Positions 1 through 13,602 of a stretch of DNA of 64,000 nt are shown here, piece by piece. The DNA is taken from assembly GCA_951406725.2 (NCBI GenBank), contig OX597833.1, positions 55,366,001 through 55,430,000 on the forward strand, in the 5' to 3' direction. The position numbers and the translations under genes are program-made. Every line of letters starts with the position of its first letter. The stretch's first letter is position 1. The notes below the pieces were generated by a model that saw only the letters and a program-made list of their open reading frames with translations, made no database searches and was not told the DNA's origin. The DNA is from Octopus vulgaris (Eukaryota).

Positions 1-1914
1 ATGGTAACAAGAGGGTTAAAATATATAACAGAAAAACAATTCTTAACCTTTTTGATACCAACCTGGCTGAAACCAGCTCTGGCTCTGAGTACAAATGTCT
101 TGTTTTCATAAGTTTTGAATTAAAATCTTCCACCAAACCTTAGTCACAATTTATGTTCCTAACACTAGCTTAATGATAACCAAGTAATTTTACTCAATTC
201 TTTGTTATATTTAAAGTAATTGAAACATTGAGCATCTCAAAATAAATACAGAAATGAAAGAGTTAAACCTTGAGGTCACCAATGGCATCAGTGCAAAAGC
301 CCATTCGTGTGTATGTGTCCGTCTTTGTGTGTGCATGTGTGTGTGTGAATATGTTCTCAAAATACATGCAAATGAGACAACAAGGTAGTTGTTACACAAG
401 CCGTTTCACATGATAATGTATCAATCAAAGCTATGTTTTAAACCCTTTTGTTATCATAGGTGTGTTGAAATAACCTGCCTTCGTTCGAATTAAATTCTGA
501 AAATTATTAAAAATTCAGTAGCATAACTTTGTTTTTATTAATCTGGTGTTCGAAACATTAAAATTACATTCTGATCGTAGGGTTTTAGTTTAGATTAACT
601 TTAAAACAGGAAGCTTGTGTCACAAAACCTGGACTAATCCTGGATGGGTTGGTGGGTTTCAAAAAACAGTTAAGCAGTAAGTATGATGGAAGAGGAAAAA
701 AATGTGCATCAATGGATTGAATTAGGTGTGACATACAGACAGACAGACACTCTTACAGTAGCTGTTGTTTCAAAGAAAGTGAGTTCATTAAAAATGCTAG
801 GGGAAAATGAAAGTAGAAAATGAAAGTAGCAGAAAATGAAAGCATTTTCTGGGGGTTTTAAAAGGTTGACCATCAAACAAATTACCTTTTGTTCTTTTTT
901 CTTTTCTTTTTTTTTTTTTGTTTTTGCTGGTGATGCAATTCTGCATTTGTAGATTTATCAATCTTCACCTCACTATCTCCTGGATGGATGGACGGACTGG
1001 GATTGTTGCAGCATATTATTACATCTTTTCCCCTGTAGGAATTCGAATTCCTTCACAAGAAATAAGGAGTAGTTTATTGACCAGGAAACAGCTTTTGTTA
1101 TATTCGCTTCCCTCTTCTCTTCTTGCCTCACTTTACAAAGTTAATCGTCTTAGGATTTGAGAAGATTAGGGAACTTACAGTAGTCACATTGCAGATAAAA
1201 TCAATTAGTTTTGTACTGGAGAAATTTTCTTTCCCCAAAATTCATCTACTGATAAGATGTTGACATTTTACTTTCCTTATCTCTTGATTTCCTTTTGTTT
1301 TTCTTTTCTTTTTTCTTTTTTAATATTCTCCATTAGATATTGTCATCATCATAATCATCATCATCATCATCATTATTATTATTGTCACTGTTATCCTCCT
1401 TATCCACAATGTCATCATTATCATCATCAATTTTACATCCTATTTCCATCCTGTCAATAATGTCTCTCTCTGTGTCTTTTTTCTTTTTTTTTTTTTGCTG
1501 TTTTTCTTTTCATTTTTGTCCCTTTCCTTCATATTGGTCTGTATGGTCAAATACATGAAACAGACTTACTTCAATTCTGTATTCTCCTACCTTTGCCCCC
1601 CCCCACCCCCGCCACCCTCAACCACTACCCACAATCCATCTGTCTTGCTAACAAGGTGGTAGGGTAGCTCTATGCAGACGATCGGAATATATTAGAAATA
1701 TCAGCCAAATTCTTTTGAAATTACACCTTACCGTTTTCTTCAAAAAAAGAAGGCGCAGGCAAGGCTGTGTAGTTAGAAGCTTACTTTCCAACCACATGGT
1801 TCTGGGTTCAGTCCCACTGCTTGGCATCTTGGGCAAATGTCTTCTACTTTATAGCCTTGGGCTGACCAAAGCCTTGTGAGTAGATTTGGTAGATGGAAAC
1901 TGAAAGAAGCCTGT

Positions 1915-1949
<35 letters not shown>

Positions 1950-3210
1950 CATCATCATCATCGTTTAACGTCTGCTTTTCATGCTAGCATGGGTTGGACA
2001 ATTTGGCTGAGGTCTGGCGAACCAAATGGCTGCACCAGACTCCAATCTTGATCTGGCAGAGTTTCTACAAAATCCACTCTGAGAGTGTAGTGGGTGCTTT
2101 TATGTGCCACTGGCAGGAGGGCCAGTCAGGCAGTACAGGCAATGGCCACGCTTGAATGTTTTTTCACGTGCCACCAGCTGGTACTGATCACACTCGAATG
2201 GCGCTTTTTATGTGCCACCGGCACGGAAGCCAGTTAGCTGCTCTGGCAACAATCACACTCGGATGGTACTCTTAGCGCTCCACTAGCAAAGATGCCAGTC
2301 ATCGAATTTGATTTTGATTTCACACACACACATATATGGAGGAGTAAGAAATTGTGAATCATTATTCTTTTTTTCTTTTAGTTCTGTTCAGGTATTTATT
2401 TACATTTGCTAATTCTCATACTACCTTATTGTCCTCGTCATAACTCTGACAGTTTCTGTACATCTGTTCATTTTAGCTTTTGTTTTTTCATCTTCGTACC
2501 GTTCCCCCATACACACATGAGTCTATCATCAGGAGTTTGACCTGGAGCTGAACAGTTGCAGCAAAAAAAAAAAGAGAGAAATAGCACATAACTATTTCAT
2601 TTTATGGCAGTTTTAGATGCTGCGAAACCCTGGGTTAATTCTGATGTAGCAGTCAAAACCTTTGGTCAAAAGTAGTTCCAGCTGTAAACAGTCTGTTATA
2701 TTTTCAGATCTGTATCGAAGATCATTGCTTCCTTTCTTCAGTTTTTTTTTATTTATTTAAACAGTGAAATATGATTTCGTAAAGAAGATTTGGCTGCTGT
2801 TTCTAGTAGGTCAGGTAACGATGTTGAAGCCCTCTTGTTGATCACTCTATACTCTTATACACAAGATTTTTACCCAGTGATCCAGAACCATGCAAAAAAT
2901 TTACAGACATATCAAACCCATACTAGAATCAGTGGGATGCATTAGAATACTCCAAATAATAATTCTAACTCCATTTGTGTCCTCTCCATATTGCTTAAAT
3001 TGATACAAGTGTTTAGTAAGGGTTTCCATCCTCCCTCAGTTGTTCTTTCTTTTTTTCATATTTATTAGTGATATGTTAAACAATTAATTATTGAAATCTT
3101 CCAGTACTTGTTCTGTATCTCCTTCCACCCTCTCTCTCTCTCTCTCTATTTCTCTCTTTCTCTCCCTTTTACTCATTCACTCTCTAATTTTTCTCTTTCT
3201 TTCTTTCCAG

Positions 3211-3261
3211 TTTGAAGAGTGCAATTGCCCAGATGAAGACCTTCCTTCCTCAGACATCAAT
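3211..3261 (+). CDS. Probable small upstream coding exon (FEECNCPDEDLPSSDIN) of the NUGGC-like gene
   Basis: Long pyrimidine tract ending TTCCAG at 3210; GTAAGT donor at 3262; 51 nt, open, phase 0-0. Compatible with the phase-0 exon at 35053, but linkage across 32 kb is inferred. Confidence 0.55.
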
Positions 3262-3785
3262 GTAAGTAATTAATAATTACTTTGTGTGCTTGTGTGTGTG
3301 TGTGTAGAGAGAGAGAGAGGTACATGACTTAGTGTTGGACTCATCTTCATAAGATTCTTGTTTTGCTTCATGGACAGCATGACACATTGTCTTCTTGAGT
3401 GGTTGGTGTTTTTGGGAAGAGCATCCAGCAGCCAAAGAAACCAAGCCAAATCAGACTGGAACCTGGTGCATCTCTCCTGCTTGCCAGCTCTGGTCAAACC
3501 GTCCAACCCATGCCAACATGGAAAATGACCATTAATGAAGGACAGTGATGAGGATGATGATGAGATGATGATGGTAGCTTTAACCCTTTCGCATTTAAAC
3601 TGGCCATATCCAGCCAAAATATTCTCCCCTGTTTTATGGTCAAACTGGCCAGATCTGGCCTCTCACACCAGCCCTCCTATATAATTCTAAAAAGGAATAG
3701 TTACTTCATCAAAATCTCAAAGCTACAAGATAATGCAGGATTAATTTTAAAACAATGTGAATAAATAAGCATTACTTTTGATAGA

Positions 3786-4104
3786 CAGAGATGTACTTGC
3801 ATAGCAAGTGACCTGATCTGAGATCGTGTGCTGAAACGAAAACAATTGCAGCATGGAAGATGTTTGTAAGCCATTTAAGAAACACACAAAAGCTGTCCGA
3901 TTCACTTCAACATTTAAGTTTAATTTGTCAAAATATTTTCGTCGCTTTAAGACCGCGACCTGTTCACTGACACGGATTTTTGTCAATGAACAGGTCACGG
4001 TCTTAAAGCGACGAAAATATTTTGACAAATTAAACTTAAATGTTGAAGTGAATCGAACGGCTTTTGTGTGTTTCTTAAATGGCTTACAAACACCCTCCTC
4101 TGCA
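3786..4104. mobile_element. Fold-back short retroelement (Penelope-like, inferred) inserted into a MITE
   Basis: Inverted arms of about 118 bp (3855-3972 and 3981-4098); flanked by an ATTA(C/T)TTTTGATAGA duplication at 3771-3785 and 4105-4119; single-arm copy at 29293-29490. Confidence 0.7.
3926..3972 (-). ncRNA. Variant minimal type-I hammerhead motif with G3-C8 core (GUGAACA)
   Basis: Minus strand reads TGTCA GTGAACA g GTCGC ggtcttaaa GCGAC GAAA ATAT T T TGACA. Related copies at 3978-4029 (+) and about 29432-29483 (-). Confidence 0.6.
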
Positions 4105-6152
4105 ATTATTTTTGATAGAAAAAATGCAAATACTAAAGGGTTAAGTAAGAAACTGACAAACCGTTGCTCTTTAAACAAGGTACTATATTACACACCAATT
4201 CAGACCACCCCCTATCTCTCTCTATCTGTCTATCTATAGAAAGGTTATGAACTGTGTTGTCTCTATGTTCATACCTTTCTGCCACTACCTTGCACTTGTC
4301 ATAGAATTTTCATTCATAATGAAAACCAATGAAGAATTGGTTTCCTGTTGCCTGCCTCCAGTATTTTTTTTTCTTGTTTCTTTTCTTTTGTCTGCTCGTC
4401 GCAGTCTGGTCTGCCATACCTTCCAGGGTACTTGCACTCTTATTATCCTTAATTTTTCTGACATCAACTTTTACTCTTATGTTTATGTATGTGTGGAAAT
4501 GGTAATAAGTATCATATATATGCATAAACATAATTTTCTGAAGGCTTCATCGACTGCGGTGTTGCATGGCCATTAAAGAAATATTGAGAAATACTTCCGT
4601 AGAATCAACCTTTTAAAATGGTTTTAACCCTTTAGCGTTCAGTTTACTCTGTCAAATCTAATACTTATTTATTCACTGTTTTGAATTAGTCACACCTTGT
4701 CTTGTAGCTTCGAGATTTCGAGGATGGGATTCTCATTTACTCTTTTACTTGGTTCAGTGATTTGACTGCGGTCATGCTGGAGCACTGCCTTAAGTCGAGC
4801 AAATCGACCTCAGGACTTATTCTTTGTAAGCCTAGTACTTATTCTATCGGACTCTTTTGCCGTATCGCTATGTTACGGGGATGTAAACACAACACCATCG
4901 GTTGTCAAGCAATGTTGGGGGACAAACAAAGACACACAAACATATACACACACATACATATATATATATATATTACGTGCCACGGCATGTAAAAAACACC
5001 ATCCGAACGTGGCCGATGCCAGCACTGCCACGACTGGCTTCCATACCGGTGGCACATAAAAAGCACTAACTGATCATGGCCATTACCAGCTTCCCTTTCC
5101 CTTGGCACCTGTGCTGGTGGCACGTATAAAGCACCCACTACACTCATGGAGTGGTTGGTGTTAGGAAGGGCATCCAGCTGTAGAAAGACTGCCAGATCAG
5201 ACTGAAGCCTGGTGCAGCCTCCTTGCTTCCCAGACCCTGGTCGAACCATCTAACCCATGCTAGCATGGAAAACAGACATTAAACGATGATGATGATGATA
5301 CATATATACGACGGGTTTCTTTCAGTTTCCGTCTACCAAATCCACTCGCAAGGCTTTGGTCGGCCCGAGGTTATAGTAGAAGACACTTGCCCAATGGGCC
5401 ACACAATGAAATGACATTGCGGTGTAGGTGTGATAGGCTGGATCTGACCAGATTTAACTTAAACGGATAGAATATTTTGGCAAGACATAGGTGAGATTTA
5501 AAAGCTAAAGGGTTAAGAACATCATGTTATTAAACGATATTTGCTCATTTAACAGCTAAACAGAAATAGCATTTTAAAACGGTTGACTATTTAGTATATT
5601 CAATCAGTTTGTGTTTAATGTAAGATGTTTGCCTGTATGTTGTTGTTAGCTTTGAATTTGAGTTCTATTATATCCATATTAGTGGGATTTTTTTTTTTTT
5701 ATTTAAAGAACTTGCTTGTTGTTAGTTCAACATCCTCCGTTGTTAATTTGATAATGTTCAGGCAAACGAAATTTAGTTAATGCAGATTCAGCTTCTCTCT
5801 ATGTGCGGTGGTTGCTTCAGCTGAACTTTCTTTTCTCTCTCTCTCTGATATATCTGTTTATAGACAATTACGTATGTGTCTTCACGAGATACAAGTTTTT
5901 GCAGGTTGTTTGGTGTACAGCAGTGGATGTTAATAGACATATATTATTGTGATTACAAAAACGTTATTCTTTCTCTTATGTACCAATCTTTTGTGCGGTG
6001 CCACAAGCGATATCAATGATGCTATGTTAATGTAAAAATTCAGTCAGCAGAATACAATGCATTTATGAAAAAGGAGTAAAGCATGTGTACTTTACCACCT
6101 TTCTACCAAGAGAAATCATCACACATACATACAGTACTGATTATATTAGATA

Positions 6153-6547
6153 CTAGCAGTATCGCCCGGTGTTGCTCAGGTCTGTTTCGACCCTTTAGAA
6201 TTGGAATTTTTGGAAAGTAAAAATTTTGCATTATGTATCTTGTTATTCTCTTTAAGTGAACATTTTTCTGGTTGAAATATGCCGAAAAATGGCAACACAG
6301 CTGTCAAAAAATTGTAAAAAAATAGGGATTTTCATAGAAAAAAAAAGCACCTGTTTGGTGTAAATAATTTTTGGTGTTAACATGGTCCGATTTGAATTTT
6401 TTCTTCTACGGAAGGAAGAGCAAGCCTTCTTCTATCATACTCTCAGTTTTGGTCAACTTCTGCCACAGGGTCTCGGAGGAGATAGTGTTAGTTGAAGGCT
6501 ACCAAACCTGCCACGCACAGACAACTTCAGCTTTATATATAGAGAGA
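6153..6547 (-). mobile_element. Non-autonomous Helitron, family H1
   Basis: Minus strand A|TC...CTAG|T with a GC-rich subterminal segment near the 3' end; no TSD; three copies in window. Confidence 0.8.
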
Positions 6548-6587
6548 TTAGCACTCACAGATGATTAGGTATGTGCTCATAATAATG

Positions 6588-7002
6588 CTCTCTTTTACTT
6601 GTTTCAGTCATTTGACTGTGGCTATGCTGGAGCACCGCCTTTAGTCGAGCAAACCGACCACAGGACTTATTCTTTGTAAGCTTAGTACTTATTCTATCGG
6701 ACTCTTTTGCTGAACCGCTAGGTTACGGGGGATGTAAACACACCAGCGTTGGTTGTCAAACAATGTGTGTGTGTGTGGGGGGGGGGACAAACACAGATAC
6801 ACAAATATATACACACATACATATATGTATACATATATACGATGGGCTTCTTTCAGTTTCCGTCTACCAAATCCACTCACAAGGCTTTGGTTGGCCCGAG
6901 GCTTTAGTAGAAGACACTTGCTCAAGGTGCCACGCAGTGGGACTGAACCCGGAACCATGTGGTTCATAAGCAAGCTACTTACCACACAGCCACTCCTACA
7001 CC
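6588..7002 (-). mobile_element. tRNA-derived SINE family A
   Basis: Reverse complement of family A. Confidence 0.85.
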
Positions 7003-9678
7003 TATGCTGTAACCAGAACCAAAATGTGTAAATGATCATATTCCAAAACCATGCAAAATTATTTGTTTAATGTATGAACCTTAAGCTTGTAGTTCCTTGC
7101 TGTATCCATTCACATATTTCAACTTTAGTTATTGTTTGTTTATTGTTAGTACTAACTAACACATTCCCCAGGTCTGACTATTTAGATTTAGTCATGATAA
7201 AGTTTTTTACTTCAACTGCAGTTTGCCCCACTTGTATTTATTTTTATTTTTTTTTAAAGAGGGGGAAAAAAAGAAAAAAATGCAAGTTGTAAAATGTCTC
7301 TGGATTTTGCAAAATGATTGATTGTGCAACTATAGAGTTTACTTTGCATCCACTGTGTTTTGGGTTCAATCTCAATGTGAGGCACCTTGGGCATCATCAT
7401 CTATATATATATATTTCTTTACTACCCACAAGGGGCTAAACAAGGACAGGCAAAGGGATTAAGTCGATTACATCGACCCCCAGTGCGTAACTGGTACTTA
7501 ATTTATCGACCCCGAAAGGATGAAAGGCAACGTCGACCTCGGCAGAATTTTAACTCAGAACGTAACTGCAGACGAAATACGGCTACACATTTCGACCGGC
7601 AAGCTAACGTGTCTACCAGCTCACCGCCTTATCATCATCTATATAACCTCAAGCTTGGTGGAATTGGTTGATGGAAACTGAAAATAAAGCTTGTCGTGTG
7701 TATGTGTGGATATATTTTTCTAATACGTCTTTGTTAGCACTGCTTTAAAAAAAAAAAAAAGACGGGTCATTATTTTTACATTCTCCCTTAGAAAAAGGTC
7801 CTGTAATTTCAATGGCTTTGTTTGTCACTTTCAATATCCGAGGACAAAGGAAATAGAAATACCTTAGCAAAACAAGAAAGGAATGGTAACTGGAAGAGCA
7901 TCTGAATATAAAAAGGGCTCCTACAAGTTTCACCTAACCCAGCAGTCCTCAACCATTTTCTTCCTATGGACCCCTTTGATTCCTATTTTGCCATTGAAGC
8001 TTGCCACCTTGATAACAGCTTACCATATTTATTTAGAGATGCTCTGTATTTCTTTCAATTAATTCTAAATATAGTAAAATAACTTAGTTGTCATTATTCT
8101 AGTGTTAGGAATATAATTTGTGACTAAGGTTTAATGGAAGATTTTAATTCAAAATCTTATGAAAACAAGACATTTGTTCTTACAGAACCAGAGCCAGTTT
8201 CAGCCGGGTTGGTATCAAAAGGGTTAAATAACAGCAGTTATTTTACTGAATCTCTTCAAATTTCTGATGTTGCATGTTTAACTCTTTTGTTACTGTATTT
8301 ATTTTGAGATGCTCTGTGTTTCTTTGAATTACTTTAAATCTAACAAAGAATTTAGTAAAATAATTCAGTTATTATTCAGCTAGTGTTAATAACATAAGTT
8401 GTAACTAAGGTTTGGTGGAAAATTTTAATTCAAAATTTATGAAAACAAGACATTTGTACTCAGAAGCAGAGCCGGTTTCAGCTGGGTTGGTAGTGAAAGG
8501 GTTAAAATAAATTATTTTACTAAATTCCTTTATATTTCTTATTATTTTCAAATATAAGATATACAGAGGTTGTATTTGATCAGAAATATGCTCAGAAAAG
8601 ATTTAATGTGTTTCAAAGAAAAAAAAAAGAACAGACTTAATCACTTGCAATTTGATACTATTGAACTCATAAGCTATCAGTTGTGCCCTTAATTGTAGAG
8701 ACAGAGAAGTTTTTTAGAGGGGGGGGGGGGCAATGGGGAGAGGAGGTGTTGATTCTGTGGAGGAAATAGATGAAGAAGGCTACTGTAACTGGCCCCCTGT
8801 GACCCATTCTGCCTACCAGGGTGTGGGGAGTGGGGAGGAGAAAAAAAAGGCATTAAATTGAGTTTGGTGGTGCCAAGTCATATATCACAGAAATCAAGAT
8901 TTGCTGTTTGAGCTTATGTGCAACCTTATCAGTTGTTATATTTATATATGTTTGTATGTAAAAAGTCCTTATCTCTGAAAAGATAAACTTCTGTTTTTGT
9001 TTTTTGGAGGTGGTGTTTATTAAACAATTCTTGTTAGAGATAAGTTTTTTTTTTCCTTACCATATATCAAAATGTAAGGTAAACCAGCTTATCTTTATTT
9101 GATTTTCAAAGTTTTATGAATTTGTTTTGTTTTTTTTTTTTCATCTATATTTTATATTATATGCTTTAATGTTCTGGTAGTGGGACGGTGGAGTAGGTGG
9201 TAGGCTTGGTGATAGATTACAAGGAAACTAATGATGTCATCATCATCTGGTTCAGCTTGCTCAGAATAATGATGTACCCTTGCTGAAAAATGTACCAGTG
9301 CAAAGCTTAATGGTGCAGGCAGGATGGTTGTTATTGTTTGGTCAACCTCAATGGGGCAGACATACCATCAAAAACATTCCAGTTATAATCATCCAATTTC
9401 TTTTGTTTTTTTTGGAGGCTAGAAATAGCAGTTTGATCATTTTTCTGTCAGACCCAACTATCTTTCAAACAACAGAAAATGCACATTTAATAATGTTGGC
9501 CAGTAACTGAAAAAAAAAATTTCATTTTACTCAAGGACCGTGTGTTCCATCTAGCCAAGGAGGGGAAAGTTGATTAGCATTAATATTACAAAATCTGTCT
9601 CTCAAGATTTTATATATATATATATATATACATATATATATAGGCACAAGAGTGGCTGAGTAGTAAATAGCTTTCTTA

Positions 9679-9913
9679 TTTCTTTATTGCCCACAAGGGG
9701 CTGAACATAGAGGGGACAAACAAGGATAGACAAAGGGATTCAGTCGATTACTTCAAACCCAGTGCGTAACTGGTACTTATTTAATCAACCCCGAAAGGAT
9801 GAAAGGCAAAGTTGACCTTGGTGGAATTTGAACTCAGAACGTAACGGCAGACGAAATAGCGCTAAGTATTTCACCCAGTGTTCTAACGTTTCTGCCAGCT
9901 CGCCACCTTCAAT
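9679..9913 (-). mobile_element. SINE family B nested in the head of a family A SINE
   Basis: TSD ATAGCTTTCTTA at 9667-9678 and 9914-9925; host SINE A resumes afterwards. Confidence 0.82.
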
Positions 9914-10973
9914 ATAGCTTTCTTACCAACCACATGATTCCAGGTTGAGTGGATTTGGTATATATATGTGTGTCTGTGTTTGTCCCCCCAGCATTGCTTG
10001 ACAACCTATGCTGGTATGTTTACGTCCCCTTAATTTAGCAGTTTGACAAAAGAAACCAATAGAATAAATACTGGGCTTACAAAGCATAAGTACTGGGGTC
10101 GATTTGCTCGACTAAAGGCGGTGCTCCAGCATGGCCACGGCCAAATGACTGAAACCAGTAAAAGAGTAAAGAGTAAGCATTTTGTCTGGCAAGCTAATGA
10201 TTCTGCTATCTTGCTGCCTTAATAATAATAATAATATCAATGATAATAATAAAGTGGGATGGTCACAACTGGAATGCTTTTGATCATAGATCTGCTTAGT
10301 CAGGTCCAGAACGATTGTTTAATATTTTTTTTCTATTTCTCTCTCTCTCACAGTTTCTGTCAGATATTTTTTATTTCTCTTCTGTTATCATCCAAGATCT
10401 AATTATCTTCGTTATATTTTTGTTTTCCTACTCAAATGCTTGCCTCTACACAGGAATTGGAGTTTGATCACTAATTATATTTTTTTCCATCTATATACAG
10501 ATAAGAAAGTAGGGAGTCCTGTCTATTAACTTTAGTTTGTAGCTCCAAGTCTGTCTTCCATGGTCATTATGCTTGTTTTGTGGGGTTTTTTTTTTGTTTT
10601 TTGTTTCGTTTGTTCTACAGTTCAAGATGTACATAATGTGTACAAAGCTCAGTATCTGTGTGTGTGTGTGCATGAGTCTCTGTATCTGTGTGTGTGCATG
10701 GATATCTGTATATTTTGAATGATTCCAATGTTAGTATACTACAAAACATTAGGTATGTAAATGTACCATAGGGAGAGGAAAGATCAATATTTGCTGACAC
10801 AGACCACCATTAGTTTCCAAATATTCTAGTGCTTATATTCAATTACTGATATATAATAATACATGTATGTATAAATGCATGTGTGTGTGTGTGCATATCT
10901 ATCTATCTATCTATCTATACATATATATATATATATATATATGTCTGTCTATCTATCTATCTGTATATATATA

Positions 10974-11358
10974 CTAGCAGTATCGCCCGGCGTTGCTCAG
11001 CTTTGTTTCGACCCTTTAGAATTGGAATTTTTGAAAAGTAAAAATTTTGCATTATGTAGCTTGTTATTCTCTTTAGGTGAACATTTTTCTGGTTGAAATA
11101 CACTGAAAAATGGTAACACAGCAGTCAAAAAATCATAAAGAATACGGATTTTCATAGGGAAAAAAAACACCTCGTTGATGTAAATAATTTTTGGTCTTAA
11201 CATGGTCCGATTTGAATTTTATCTCCTATAGAATGAAGAGCAAGCCTTCTTCTATCATACTCTCAATTTTGGTCAACTTGTGCCACAGGGTCTCGGAGGA
11301 AATAGTGTTAGTTGAAGGCTACCAAACCTGCCACGCACAGACAACTTCAGCTTTATAT
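10974..11358 (-). mobile_element. Non-autonomous Helitron, family H1 (5' end runs into a microsatellite)
   Basis: Colinear with 6153-6547; CTAG terminus at 10974. Confidence 0.78.
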
Positions 11359-12679
11359 GTATGTGTGTGTGTGTGTGTGTGTGTATAATGTGTTTTTGTA
11401 AACGTCTGGAATTTTATGTACTACATTTGCCTTTGTATGTATGGTCCAGGCCACAAGTCTGAGTACAAACGTTAAATTTAGGATTTTTTCTAAATATGTT
11501 TTGATGTATATGTAAAAACTAATAATCTACTAGTTATTTGCAAGTAACAGAGTTCATTTATATTACATATTGTAATAAATGGACACCAAAATATAGTCTT
11601 TTACTTAACATTTATGACTCTGAAATTTTTTAAAATTTCTATATCAGACATCTATAAACAAATGACTCAGGTTTTTGCTTTATAGGACAGTGAACACTTG
11701 ACTTGTGTTCAGAAAGCAATTAACTTATCTAAGATATATCTATTGGTGGTGTCCAGAAAGTTTTTGTGTTGATTTTGTCAGTAGGAGGATTCTTGGCATT
11801 TAAGGCTGCTTGTTGTAGCCCGATGTTAGGATTCTTTTTTTTTTTTTTCCAACAGTCTAATCTGTTGAGTGTATATGTATAATAATAATAGTAATAATAA
11901 TAATTATAATAATAATAATAATACTCATCATCATCATCGTTTAGCGTCCGCTTTCCATGCTAGCCTGGGTTGGACAGTTCAACTGGGGTCTGGGAAGCCA
12001 GAAGGCTGCATCAGGCCCAGTCTGATCTCGCAATGTTTCTACGGCTGGATGCCCTTCCTAACGCCAACCACTCGAGTGTTGTGGGTGCTTTTTACGTGCC
12101 AAGCAAGGCTGGCAAACGGCCACGATCGGATGGTGCTTTTTACGTGCCACCAGCACGAGGCCAGTCGGAGCAGCGCTGGCAACGGCCACGTTCCGATGGT
12201 TCTCTTATGTGCCACCGGCACTGGTATCTGCAATTTCCATTGATGTTGATCGATTTCGATTAATAATAATAATAAATGATAATAATAATAATAATCTTTT
12301 GTACTGGAAGCACAAAGCCTCAAATTTGGGGGAAGGGATTAAGTCGAGTATATCGACCCTAGTATTTCACTGGTACTTAATTTATTGACTCTGAAAGGAT
12401 GAAAAGCAAAGTCGACCTCGGTGGAATTTGAACACAGAATGTAGCAAATGAGCGAAATACGTATTTCCTTACTACCCACAAGGGGCTAAATACAGAGAGG
12501 ACAAAGGGATTAAGTCAATTATATCGACCCCAGTTCATAACTGGTACTTATTTAATCAACCCCGAAAGGATGAATGGCAAAGAATGACCTCGGCGGAATT
12601 TGAACACAGCATGTAGCAATGGGCGAAATACCACTAAACATCTTGCCTGATATAGTAACAATTCTGCTAGCTTGCCACC

Positions 12680-12711
<32 letters not shown>

Positions 12712-13475
12712 CATAATAATAATGACAACGACAAAAATCTGTGAATTAATATATAGTTTGTTTATATTCTTTACAAGAACAACATTAAACAATTTTTTTC
12801 TCTGATGGATCAGGCGGAATACGTGACAATTTCTATAGCAGCTATGAGAAAAAAAAAAAGAAGAAAAAAAACCAGGATGTCGTTTACCTTACGTTACCAA
12901 TTTCAATATATCTAAACAACACAATAACAACAACAACAATAACAACTACTACTACTATTACTATTACTACTGATACTATAGCATTATAGTCTATGGCAGA
13001 ACACATTTTTCACCTTTGCATAGTTTTACTGAGGTCGTTACATAATTCTAACACAATCGGTTGCGTCCTGTCCCGAGACAGTATATTTTAATTTTCTTTT
13101 TCTAGAGTTATTTGAGTGTTTATGCTTGGCTCTAATCTAATGATCTCTCTCTTACTCTCTCAGTAATAATAATAATAATAATAATAATGATATCGATAAT
13201 GATGTGGAAGTATCTAGAAACTATTACATCATGTTATATTACATTGCCAAACTTGTATGCTGAATAAGATATGCAGAAACCTATGAATATATTCATATTT
13301 CATTATCATATAAGTCACACCATGTATTGTAAACAGGAATGTAATATATTGTCAACTCTCTCTTTCTTTCTGTGCGTAAGTATAGGTACGTATGCATATG
13401 TGTATGTATATATCTATATCTATATATGTCTGTATGTATGTGTCTGTGTATATATGTATATATATATATGGGCAT

Positions 13476-13602
13476 AAATGGAGATAAGTATCATTTATGC
13501 ATATACATATTTTTCTGAAGGCTTCATGGACTGCGGTGTCGCATGGCCATTAAAGAAATATTGAGAAATATTGCGGCAGAATCAACCTTTTAAAATGGTT
13601 TT
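13476..13602 (+). repeat. Second copy of a ~125-bp element also present at 4497-4625
   Basis: Shared TTTTCTGAAGGCTTCAT.GACTGCGGTGT.GCATGGCCATTAAAGAAATATTGAGAAATA...GAATCAACCTTTTAAAATGGTTTT. Confidence 0.85.

Larger units (their letters stand above)
3580..4144 (+). mobile_element. piggyBac-type MITE family M2, interrupted by the fold-back element (uninterrupted copy at about 35502-35729)
   Basis: TTAACCCTTTCGCATTTAAAC...CAAATACTAAAGGGTTAA; body matches 35502-35729. Confidence 0.7.

Noticed and set aside
3747-4239. Two similar ORFs on opposite strands (143 aa and 128 aa)
   Set aside because: Artefact of the inverted repeat; no recognisable protein motif.
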